From a bacterium HR10 (GTDB taxonomy: Bacteria > Acidobacteriota > Blastocatellia > HR10), in contig BEHM01000017.1 of assembly GCA_002923315.1 (NCBI GenBank), forward strand, positions 1,000 through 64,999: 64,000 bases of DNA, in the 5' to 3' direction. The translations under genes were made by a program, and so were the position numbers. Below, piece after piece: positions 54,933 to 64,000 of this stretch. Positions within the stretch are counted from its first letter, which is position 1. Each line of letters starts with the position of its first letter. The notes beneath the pieces were generated by a model. The model was not told where the DNA came from and made no database searches. It saw only the letters and a list, made by a program, of their open reading frames with translations.

Positions 54933-56198
54933 ATGCGGCGCATTCGCAAGACGGTGACAGCGAGTGGGCTCACGGTCGTGAGCGAACGCATGGATCACCT
55001 CCGCTCGGTGAGCCTCGGCATCTGGGTGCGCGCCGGGTCCCGGCATGAGCCGATCGAGCAGTCGGGCATCGCGCATTTCATCGAGCATCTCGTCTTCAAA
55101 GGGACCGAGCGGCGGAGCACGCGCCAGATCGCGGAGGAATCCGATTGGTTGGGCGGTACGCTCGACGCCTTCACGAGCCATGAATGCGCGGCCTACTCGG
55201 CCAAGATCCTCGACGAGCATCTGGCGCGCGCGTTCGACCTCTTGGCCGATCTGGTGACGGCGCCGCGCTTCGAAGCGCCGGAGATCGAGAAGGAGCGGCA
55301 GGTGATCCTGGAGGAGATGCGCTTGGTCGAGGACACGCCCGATGATCTCGCCACCGAGATCTTCCTCCGGAATTTCTGGCCACAGCATCGGCTGGGACAG
55401 CCGATTCTGGGGACCGAGGAGACGTTGGCGCGGCTGACGCGCGAGGCGATCGTTGGGTATTGGCGGCAGCTCTACACCCCGCCGAATCTCGTCGTCTCGG
55501 CCGCCGGCCAGGTCGAACATGATCACCTGGTCGAGCTGGCGGCCCGCTATTTCGATCACATCCCCGATAGCGGGATGCGCCCTCAAGATACGCCCCCGCA
55601 GCCTTCCCCCCGCATCGTCGTGCATGAGAAAGAGCAGCTTTCGGAGACGCAGATTCTGCTCGGCGCGCAATGCCCCGGCTTGCGCTCGCGGGATCGGCAG
55701 GCCGTCCTGCTGCTCAGCTCCATCCTCGGTGGGGGGACCAGCTCTCGCCTCTTCCAGACCATTCGCGAGGATCATGGCCTGGCGTATGCGACCAGCGCCG
55801 GGACCATGCTCTTCTCCGATACGGGGCTTCTCCTCATCCACGCAGCAACATCGCCGAAGAATGTACGGCGCGTCCTCGATCTCATCGTCGCCGAACTCGG
55901 TCGCTTGAAGCGCGAACCGGTTCCCGCCGAGGAGCTGCAGCGGGCGAAGGAGCAGGCGAAGGCGGCGACTATGCTCAGCCTGGAATCCTCCAGCGCGCGC
56001 ATGGCCCACATCGCGCAGCAGGAGATCTACTTCGGCCATCAGACGACCTACGACCAGATCCTCAAAAGCATCGAGGCCGTCTCCGTGGACGATGTCCAGC
56101 GGTTGGCGCGAGAGATCTTTCAAACCGAGGCGCTCGCCCTCGTCCTCCTGGGACGATTGGACAGCGTGCGCGTGGATCACTCGCACTTGGCGTGCTGA
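54933..56198 (+). CDS. M16-family zinc peptidase (insulinase/pitrilysin-like)
   Basis: Inverted zincin motif GIAHFIEHLVFKGT (HxxEH). Track ORF 54894..56198 trimmed to ATG 54933. Confidence 0.85.
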   Translation: MRRIRKTVTASGLTVVSERMDHLRSVSLGIWVRAGSRHEPIEQSGIAHFIEHLVFKGTERRSTRQIAEESDWLGGTLDAFTSHECAAYSAKILDEHLARAFDLLADLVTAPRFEAPEIEKERQVILEEMRLVEDTPDDLATEIFLRNFWPQHRLGQPILGTEETLARLTREAIVGYWRQLYTPPNLVVSAAGQVEHDHLVELAARYFDHIPDSGMRPQDTPPQPSPRIVVHEKEQLSETQILLGAQCPGLRSRDRQAVLLLSSILGGGTSSRLFQTIREDHGLAYATSAGTMLFSDTGLLLIHAATSPKNVRRVLDLIVAELGRLKREPVPAEELQRAKEQAKAATMLSLESSSARMAHIAQQEIYFGHQTTYDQILKSIEAVSVDDVQRLAREIFQTEALALVLLGRLDSVRVDHSHLAC

Positions 56199-56226
56199 GC
56201 GCGCCAGCTTCGGTCGGAGGAGGGGG

Positions 56227-57021
56227 ATGCGGATCAACATCTTGGGCAGCTCCAGCTCGGGCAATGCGACCCTGCTGGTCTTCGGGACGACGCGCGTGCT
56301 GCTGGATGCGGGATTCTCGGCCCGCGAGTTGACTCGGCGACTTCGAGAGATCGGCGAGGACCCCGCCCGCCTCTCGGCCATCGTGCTCACGCACGAGCAT
56401 ACGGATCACATTCGGAGCGTCCCGCGCCTGGCGCGCACGCTCGGCCTCCCGATCTTCATCTCGCGAGCCAGTTGCGAGGCCTGGAACCGGATGAACCCCA
56501 CCGATCCGATCCACGCGGCCGAATACATCGCTGCCGAGTGTCCCTTCCAGATCGGGCCGATGACATTCCGCCCCTTCGCCGTGCCCCATGACGCGGCCGA
56601 TACGCTCGCCTTCACCATCGAGGCCGGAGGCGTGAAGGTGGGGTACGTGACCGATCTCGGCTATATCCCGAAGCTGGTCGCCGAGCGCGTGAGGGGATCG
56701 GATGTTCTCATCCTGGAAGCCAATCATGATCTGGAGATGTTGCGCAATGGTCCCTATCCGTGGAGCGTCAAACAGCGTATCCTCAGCCGGCACGGCCATC
56801 TCTCCAATGAGGAGATGGCGCGCTTCTTGCGCGAGGATTTCGATGGACGCGCTGAGCACATCGTGCTCGTGCATCTGAGTCGGACGAACAATCATCCGGA
56901 GCTGGCGCGTCTGGCGGCCTTGGAAGCGCTCGGGGCGCGCGGCTCCGCCTTCGCGCGCGACGCCGAACGACGCGTGCGCGTCGCCGCGCACGATCGCCCG
57001 GGTCCGTGGATCGAGCTATGA
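56227..57021 (+). CDS. MBL-fold metallo-hydrolase
   Basis: Track ORF 56092..57021 trimmed to ATG 56227 (GGAGGAGGGGG upstream). MRINILGSSSSGNATLL and LTHEHTDH motif. Confidence 0.8.
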   Translation: MRINILGSSSSGNATLLVFGTTRVLLDAGFSARELTRRLREIGEDPARLSAIVLTHEHTDHIRSVPRLARTLGLPIFISRASCEAWNRMNPTDPIHAAEYIAAECPFQIGPMTFRPFAVPHDAADTLAFTIEAGGVKVGYVTDLGYIPKLVAERVRGSDVLILEANHDLEMLRNGPYPWSVKQRILSRHGHLSNEEMARFLREDFDGRAEHIVLVHLSRTNNHPELARLAALEALGARGSAFARDAERRVRVAAHDRPGPWIEL

Positions 57022-58348
57022 TCCCGCGCTACACGCTGCCCGAGATGGGCGCCATCTGGAGCGAGGAGAATAAGTTCCGCACGTGGCTCGAGGTGGAACT
57101 GGCCGTCTGCGAAGTCCTCGCCGAGCGCGGGCGCATCCCCAGATCGGCGCTGGAGCAGATCCGCGCGCGCGCGCGGGTGGACGTCGCGCGCATTCACGAG
57201 ATCGAGCGCACGACGCGGCATGACGTGATCGCCTTCCTCTCGGCGGTGGCCGAAGCCGTCGGCCCCGAGGCTCGCTACATCCACCTCGGCCTCACCTCGT
57301 CGGACGTCGTGGATACGGCGACGGCGCTGCTGCTGCGCGCGTCGGCCGATCTGATCCTCGCGCGTTTGGAACGCTTGGCGGAGGTCCTGCGCCGCCGCGC
57401 CTTCGAATTCAAGGACACGCCCATGGTCGGGCGCACACATGGCGTCCACGCCGAACCGATCACCTTCGGATTGAAGCTCGCCCTGTGGTACGCGGAGACG
57501 GAGCGGAATCGGGAGCGCGTGCGCCGCGCGCGCGAACAGATCAGCGTGGGGAAGATCTCGGGCGCCGTCGGCACGTTCGCCCATCTCGATCCCGAGGTGG
57601 AGGAGGCCGTCTGTCGTCGCTTGGGACTTCGGCCCGAGCCGATCTCCTCGCAGATCATCCCGCGCGATCGCCATGCCGAATTCCTGGCAGCCCTGGCGCT
57701 GGTCGCCGCGAGCCTGGAGAAGATCGCCCTGGAGATCAGGCATCTGCAGCGCACCGAGGTGCGCGAGGCTGAGGAGTTCTTCGCTGTCGGGCAGAAGGGG
57801 TCCTCGGCCATGCCGCATAAGCGAAACCCCATCACGGCGGAGCAGATCTGCGGCCTGGCCCGCGTCGTGCGCGCGAATCTTCACGCGGCGCTGGAGAACA
57901 TCCCCCTCTGGCACGAACGCGACATCTCACATTCCTCGGTCGAACGCCTGATCCTCCCCGAGAGTTGCATCCTCACCGATTACCTGCTCCATCGGACGAC
58001 GGAGCTGCTGGAGCGGCTCGTCGTCTCCCCGGAGCGCATGCGGGCGAATCTCGAGGCGACGCGTGGATTGATCTTCAGCGGGGCGCTGCTGTTGGCGCTC
58101 ACCGAGCGCGGCCTCTCGCGGGAACAGGCCTATGTCCTCGTGCAGCGCCACGCCATGCGCGCCTGGGACGAAGGCGCCGATTTTCGAGACCTCGTGCGCG
58201 CCGATCCCGAGATCCGCGCGCGGCTCGCGCCGTCGGAGATCGAGGAGATCTTTCGCCTGGATCGCGCGCTGCGGCATGTGGACGCCATCTTCCGCCGCGT
58301 CTTCGGCGAAGCGGCGCGCCCCGCCCGAACGGAGGGAGACGGAGCATC

Positions 58349-58352
<4 letters not shown>
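57018..58352 (+). CDS. purB: Adenylosuccinate lyase
   Basis: MIPRYTLPEMGAIWSEENKFRTWLEVE and GSSAMPHKRNP signature. ATG 57018 overlaps the upstream stop (ATGA). Confidence 0.9.
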
Positions 58353-59304
<952 letters not shown>

Positions 59305-59320
59305 TCACGTCCGCTCCCAG

Positions 59321-60193
59321 ATGGAGAAGACGAAGCGCCAGTCCAGACGTCGTCCGAAGATCGGCGTGGTCCTCGGCGGAGGAGGGGCGAAGGGACTGGC
59401 GCACATCGGCGTCTTGAAGGTCCTCGAGGAAGCCGAGATTCCCATTGACGGGATCGTGGGGACGAGCGTCGGCGCCTTCATCGGCGGCGCCTACGCCAGC
59501 GGCGTCCCCATCCCGCAGATGATCGAGATGGCGCGCCGCATCCGCTGGAGCGATCTGGGGCGCCTCCGCCCCTCGCGACTCGGCCTCCGCGATGGGCGAC
59601 GCATGGAGGACTTCATTCGCGCGCATTTCCCGGTCACGCGCTTCGAAGAGCTGCGCATTCCGCTGGCCGTCGTCGCCACCGACATCGCCACCGGCCAGAT
59701 GCGCGTTTTCACCACGGGAGACCTCGCCTTCGCCATTCGCGCCAGTTGCGCCATCCCGGGATACTTCACCCCGGCCCTCGATGAGGAGGGACGGATGCTT
59801 GTGGATGGCGCCATCGTCGCGAACCTCCCGACGCTCGTGGCGGTGACGCTCGGCGCCGAACGCGTGATCGCCGTGGATGTGAACGCGTATCCCATCATGG
59901 AGACGCCGCCGCGAAACGCCTTCCAGATCTACACGCAAGCCCTCGCCATCCTCTCCTTCACGGCGCAATCCTATATGGCCGAGCATGCCGATGTGCTCAT
60001 CTCCCCGGACGTGGCCTCGTTCTCGTGGGATGAATTGGAACGCGCGGATGAGCTGATCCGAGCCGGGGAAGAGGCCGCGCGCAAGCGTCTCCCCGACTGC
60101 CGAGCCCTGCTCTCCCGACGGGAGGGGTTCTTCCGCCGATTGCGTCAGGCGCTGCTCATCGCGCGCCATCGCGCCGTCCCCCTTCGACGCTGA
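59321..60193 (+). CDS. Patatin-like phospholipase
   Basis: Track ORF, 290 aa. GVVLGGGGAKG oxyanion motif, GTSVG nucleophile elbow, DGAIVAN catalytic Asp. Confidence 0.85.
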   Translation: MEKTKRQSRRRPKIGVVLGGGGAKGLAHIGVLKVLEEAEIPIDGIVGTSVGAFIGGAYASGVPIPQMIEMARRIRWSDLGRLRPSRLGLRDGRRMEDFIRAHFPVTRFEELRIPLAVVATDIATGQMRVFTTGDLAFAIRASCAIPGYFTPALDEEGRMLVDGAIVANLPTLVAVTLGAERVIAVDVNAYPIMETPPRNAFQIYTQALAILSFTAQSYMAEHADVLISPDVASFSWDELERADELIRAGEEAARKRLPDCRALLSRREGFFRRLRQALLIARHRAVPLRR

Positions 60194-60250
60194 GGGCGCT
60201 TCCGGCTTGCCTCCCCGCCATCGGCTGTAATATATTGACCGGGGCGAACG

Positions 60251-60511
60251 ATGCGGATCACGCGGGCGGATGCCATCTTCGTCGGATTCATCTTGAGTGT
60301 CCTCCTCTTCCTCGTGTTCCTCTCGACCCGATCTCGACGATCTCCATTGCTGCCGCCAGACGAGGCGCACCGCACGGCGCGCACGCGCTCCGAGTGTTTG
60401 ACGTGTCATGATCCGGAGAACCCAACCGCGCTTCGTCCGCTTCGTTCGTCCCATCCGCAGAAATGGCGCGATGCGACCTTCGCGTGTACGCGGTGCCATC
60501 CGCGCGAATGA
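60251..60511 (+). CDS. Small membrane-anchored di-haem c-type cytochrome
   Basis: Track ORF, 86 aa. One N-terminal TM helix (AIFVGFILSVLLFLVFL) and two CxxCH motifs: CLTCH (nt 60395-60409) and CTRCH (nt 60485-60499). Two further His (H40, H68) are available as distal ligands. Confidence 0.6.
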   Translation: MRITRADAIFVGFILSVLLFLVFLSTRSRRSPLLPPDEAHRTARTRSECLTCHDPENPTALRPLRSSHPQKWRDATFACTRCHPRE

Positions 60512-60541
60512 GCTCGAGAATCTCGAAGAAGGGGGAGGGAT

Positions 60542-62122
60542 ATGGCGAAAGCAAAGACAGCGATCACTCGATCCAAAGTGGCGAGGAAGGCCCCAGCCAT
60601 CCGGACGGCGACGGCTCCTCGCTTCTTCAATTACATCAACGGGGAGTGGGTTCCGTCGGTCACCGGGGAGTATTTCGAGAACCGGAACCCAGCCGACACG
60701 CGCGATCTCATCGGCCTCTTCCCAAAGTCGAATGCCGAGGACGTGGCGCGCGCCGTGGCCGCAGCGCGCGAGGCCTACGAGAAGTGGCGTTTGGTTCCGG
60801 CCCCCAAGCGCGCCGAGATCATGTTCCGCCTGGGGGAGATCCTGATCCGCCGCAAGGAGGCCTATGCGCGCGAGATGACGCGCGAGATGGGGAAGATTCT
60901 GAAGGAATCGCGGGGGGATGTGCAGGAGGCCATTGATATCTGCTACTTCACGGCGGGTGAAGGTCGCCGCCTGTACGGGCAGACGACGCCTTCGGAGCTC
61001 CCGAACAAGTTCGCCATGTCCGTCCGCATGCCCGTGGGCGTATGCGCGATCATCACCCCGTGGAATTTCCCCATGGCGATCCCCGCTTGGAAGCTCATGC
61101 CCGCGATCCTCTGCGGCAATACGGTCGTGATGAAGCCGGCGACGGATACGCCGCTGTCGGTCTACAATCTCGTCAAGGCGTGCGAGGAGGCCGGCGTTCC
61201 GCCCGGTGTCGTCAATCTCGTGACCGGTTCGGGGTCGAGCGTGGGCACGCCGCTCATGACCCATCCCGACGTGCGGTTGGTGTCGTTCACGGGCTCGACC
61301 GAGGTCGGTCGCAAGGTCTCCGAAGCCTGCGCCCCATCGTTCAAGAAGTGCAACCTGGAGATGGGGGGGAAGAACGTCATCATCGTCATGGACGATGCGA
61401 ATCTGGACCTGGCCGTGGATGGCGCCGTCTGGGGCGGATTCGGCACGAGCGGACAACGCTGCACCGCCTCCAGCCGCATCGTCGTGCATAAGAAGGTCTA
61501 CAAGAAGTTCCTCACGCAATTCGTCGAGCGCGCTCGCGCCCTGCGCGTCGGCAACGGGCTGGACGAACGGACGGAGATGGGACCGATCATCAACGAGGCG
61601 CAAGTGGAATCCATCCTGCGCTATATCGAGATCGGGAAGACTCAGGACGGGGCCAAGCTCATGTGCGGGGGGAATCGACTGACGCACGGGGAGTATGCCC
61701 ACGGGTACTTCATCGAGCCGACGGTCTTCGCCGACTGCCATCCGGATATGGTCATCTGTCAGGAGGAGATCTTCGGCCCGGTCGTCTCCGTGATCCCCTG
61801 CAATTCGCTGGAGGACGCCATCCAGATCGGCAACAACGTGCGCTACGGGCTCTCGTCGGCCATCTACACGCAGGACATCAACAAGGCCTTCATCGCCATG
61901 CGCGAGATGTACACGGGGATCTTCTACGTGAACGCGCCCACGATCGGCGCCGAGACCCATCTGCCTTTCGGCGGGACGAAGGAGACCGGCAATGGACATC
62001 GAGAGGCCGGCGTGCAGGCGCTCGAACTCTTCACTGAGTGGAAGGCCGTGTACATCGACTACAGCGGCCGATTGCAGCGGGCGCAGATTGATACGGAGGA
62101 GCTCACCCGACTCGCGTCGTGA
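60542..62122 (+). CDS. NAD(P)-dependent aldehyde dehydrogenase
   Basis: Track ORF, 526 aa. ITPWNFP, LEMGGKN (catalytic Glu), GQRCTASSR (catalytic Cys), EEIFGPV. Basic 25-aa N-terminal extension. Confidence 0.9.
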   Translation: MAKAKTAITRSKVARKAPAIRTATAPRFFNYINGEWVPSVTGEYFENRNPADTRDLIGLFPKSNAEDVARAVAAAREAYEKWRLVPAPKRAEIMFRLGEILIRRKEAYAREMTREMGKILKESRGDVQEAIDICYFTAGEGRRLYGQTTPSELPNKFAMSVRMPVGVCAIITPWNFPMAIPAWKLMPAILCGNTVVMKPATDTPLSVYNLVKACEEAGVPPGVVNLVTGSGSSVGTPLMTHPDVRLVSFTGSTEVGRKVSEACAPSFKKCNLEMGGKNVIIVMDDANLDLAVDGAVWGGFGTSGQRCTASSRIVVHKKVYKKFLTQFVERARALRVGNGLDERTEMGPIINEAQVESILRYIEIGKTQDGAKLMCGGNRLTHGEYAHGYFIEPTVFADCHPDMVICQEEIFGPVVSVIPCNSLEDAIQIGNNVRYGLSSAIYTQDINKAFIAMREMYTGIFYVNAPTIGAETHLPFGGTKETGNGHREAGVQALELFTEWKAVYIDYSGRLQRAQIDTEELTRLAS

Positions 62123-62188
62123 TGCGCGTGGCGTCCCGCGCGGAGATCGTCTCCCCGCGGGGCGCTTGTCTTCCTGGAGGAGACACGC

Positions 62189-63301
62189 ATGATCATCGGT
62201 GTTCCGAAAGAGCTCAAGCCCGATGAGTATCGCGTCGGCTTAGTCCCGGCCGGCGTGAAGGCGCTCAGCGAGGAGGGACATACCGTCTACGTCGAGACCG
62301 GGGCCGGAGAGGGGAGCGGCATTTCGGATCGGGAATACGAAGAGGCCGGAGCGCAGATTCTGGAGGATCCGGATGAAGTCTGGGCGCGCGCCGATCTGAT
62401 CATCAAAGTGAAGGAGCCGATCCCGGTCGAATACGCGCGGTTGCGGGAGGGACAGATCCTGTTCACGTACCTGCATCTGGCGCCCGCGCCGGAGTTGACG
62501 CGCGAGTTGCTCGCGCGCAAGGTCACCGGCATCGCCTACGAGACGATCACCGATGCCGAAGGTCGCTTGCCGCTGCTCACGCCGATGAGCGAAGTCGCCG
62601 GACGTATGGCCGTGCAGGTCGGCGCGACGTATCTGCAGAAGACGCATGGGGGGCGCGGCGTCTTGCTCGGCGGCGTCCCCGGTGTGCTGCCGGCGAAAGT
62701 CGTCATCCTCGGCGCCGGCGTCGTCGGCACCAACGCCACGCGCATCGCCGTCGGCATGGGCGCGCAGGTGACCGTCATTGATAAGAATCTCGATCGGCTT
62801 CGCTACTTGGATGACATCTTCGGGAGCCAGATTCGCACGCTCGTCTCGAACACCTACAACATCTGGAACGCGATCGAGAACGCGGATCTCGTCATCTGCG
62901 GCGTGCTGATCCCGGGGGCGGCGGCCCCCAAGCTCATCACCCGCGAGATGCTCGCCTGCATGCACAAGGGAGCCGTCATCGTGGACGTATCGGTGGATCA
63001 AGGGGGGTGTGTGGAGACCTCGCGGCCGACGACGCATAGCGATCCGGTCTTCTTCGTGGACGATGTCTTGCACTATTGCGTGCCGAATATGCCGGGGGCG
63101 GTGCCGCGAACTTCGACCTTCGCGCTGACGAATGTGACGTTGCCGTATGCGGTGAAGCTGGCCTCGCTGGGGTTCTGGGGGGCGATTCGGTCAGACCCGG
63201 GGCTGCGCTCGGGCGTCAACACGTATCGAGGATACATCACCCATCCGGCTGTGGCCGAGTCGCAGGGGCTGGAGTACACGCCCCTGGAGGACATCGCCTG
63301 A
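62189..63301 (+). CDS. ald: Alanine dehydrogenase
   Basis: Track ORF, 370 aa. [38 protein letters not shown]. Confidence 0.9.
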   Translation: MIIGVPKELKPDEYRVGLVPAGVKALSEEGHTVYVETGAGEGSGISDREYEEAGAQILEDPDEVWARADLIIKVKEPIPVEYARLREGQILFTYLHLAPAPELTRELLARKVTGIAYETITDAEGRLPLLTPMSEVAGRMAVQVGATYLQKTHGGRGVLLGGVPGVLPAKVVILGAGVVGTNATRIAVGMGAQVTVIDKNLDRLRYLDDIFGSQIRTLVSNTYNIWNAIENADLVICGVLIPGAAAPKLITREMLACMHKGAVIVDVSVDQGGCVETSRPTTHSDPVFFVDDVLHYCVPNMPGAVPRTSTFALTNVTLPYAVKLASLGFWGAIRSDPGLRSGVNTYRGYITHPAVAESQGLEYTPLEDIA

Positions 63302-63505
63302 GCCCCCGCCCTCCCCCGCGGCTCCGGAGAGGAGAAGGACGCTCCGCTGCTCACGGCCATCTCCGAAAATGAGAAAGGGGCTTGACGGATAGTATAATTA
63401 CTGAAGGCCACCAAGAAGCGAAGACATCCTCTGCGAGGAGGTCAAGCGAGGGATGGCTTTCGACGAAGGGATTCTCAGGAAGCGGCCATTGGGATCGCAC
63501 GGGGG

Positions 63506-63952
63506 ATGCTGAGGAGGACAGGAAGGGGATCATTCATCGCCCTGCTTTCTATCGGGATGCTGGCGGGACATCCGAGCGACCACCAAGCTCCGACCTCGAA
63601 GATCGAGTGCTGCTCCTCCCAGACCCCATCGGCTTGTCCTCAGCTCGCTGGACTCCCCCGCGGGACATGGGGCTTCTCGGCCGGCCCGACCGCGCGTCCC
63701 GGTTATCCCGTTGATGTCCCAAGCGTGACCTCCGATGCCTGTCGAGGCCTCGCCGTCACGAAGGTTCAGTTAAAGAACCGTTCCGCCAAAACGGTCGTGG
63801 CCGTTCGCCTGACCTGGGATGTGGTGGAGCGCTCGAACTCAAACCACATCCTCCTTCAGGGACAGACGCCGCTCATCTGGCTGAAAGCACCGCTTCGGGC
63901 TGGAGAGGAAGCCGCCCTGGAACAGTTCATCGTCGCCTTTGCCGAGAGGTAA
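63506..63952 (+). CDS. Hypothetical secreted protein, Cys-rich N-region
   Basis: Track ORF, 148 aa. Hydrophobic N-terminus GSFIALLSIGMLAG. It lies in a visibly less GC-rich stretch and I recognise no family. Confidence 0.4.
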   Translation: MLRRTGRGSFIALLSIGMLAGHPSDHQAPTSKIECCSSQTPSACPQLAGLPRGTWGFSAGPTARPGYPVDVPSVTSDACRGLAVTKVQLKNRSAKTVVAVRLTWDVVERSNSNHILLQGQTPLIWLKAPLRAGEEAALEQFIVAFAER

Positions 63953-64000
63953 AATCAAAGGGTGTGGAAATTCTGCTGAAGGCGGTGTATCCTCCCTTCT

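Noticed and set aside
63382-63398. TTGACG and TATAAT hexamers that look like a perfect promoter
   Set aside because: They are separated by only 5 nt, which is incompatible with a sigma70 -35/-10 pair. TATAAT may still act as a -10 element with a poor -35 (tgagaa), so I did not list it as a feature.

Overview
Visibly GC-rich bacterial chromosomal segment. G+C is about two-thirds by eye and was not computed. It is densely coded on both strands, with many long antisense shadow ORFs in the track. I support about 59 protein genes, one tRNA-Gln(CUG), one decayed PIN-toxin fragment, ten sigma70-type promoter candidates and two hairpin elements. I found no rRNA, CRISPR array, transposase or integrase. 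The gene content points to a thermophilic Acidobacteriota-like organism, but that is inference only: an Oar-like CarboxypepD_reg outer-membrane protein, a Ser/Thr kinase with HEAT repeats, and paired Fe-S uracil-DNA glycosylases of families 4 and 5.

Order of content:
- hcrCAB-ordered molybdenum hydroxylase operon behind a tetR gene, then tRNA-Gln, an MFS transporter and xdhC.
- Minus-strand group of kinase, ROK kinase, amine dehydrogenase and D-amino-acid aminotransferase.
- Small polysaccharide-initiation group (methyltransferase, GT4, WbaP-like transferase).
- vapBC cassette.
- Fused AmiE-like/NamZ-like muropeptide hydrolase.
- Translationally coupled trio of asparaginase, class-V PLP enzyme and ABC exporter.
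- yicC-gmk-coaBC-udg operon.
- CusF-Sco lipoprotein.
- Tat-M24 peptidase, amidohydrolase and outer-membrane protein.
- Five-gene cytoplasmic GT4/GH130/GH130/GT4/GH-A glycan operon.
- UDG family 5, ferredoxin, DHDPS-like and FAH genes.
- hslVU.
- LPS-core heptose locus.
- Acyl-CoA dehydrogenase, M16 peptidase, MBL hydrolase, purBSQ and patatin.
- Small di-haem cytochrome c, aldehyde dehydrogenase and alanine dehydrogenase.

Best candidates for something new:
1. The signal-peptide-less glycan operon at 36664-43358, possibly an intracellular beta-mannoside build-and-phosphorolyse cycle.
2. The Hcr-like enzyme whose FAD subunit carries a four-Cys insertion.
3. The AmiE-NamZ fusion.
4. The orphan membrane-anchored di-haem cytochrome upstream of the aldehyde and alanine dehydrogenase genes.

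All family assignments come from reading the translations. No database search was run.
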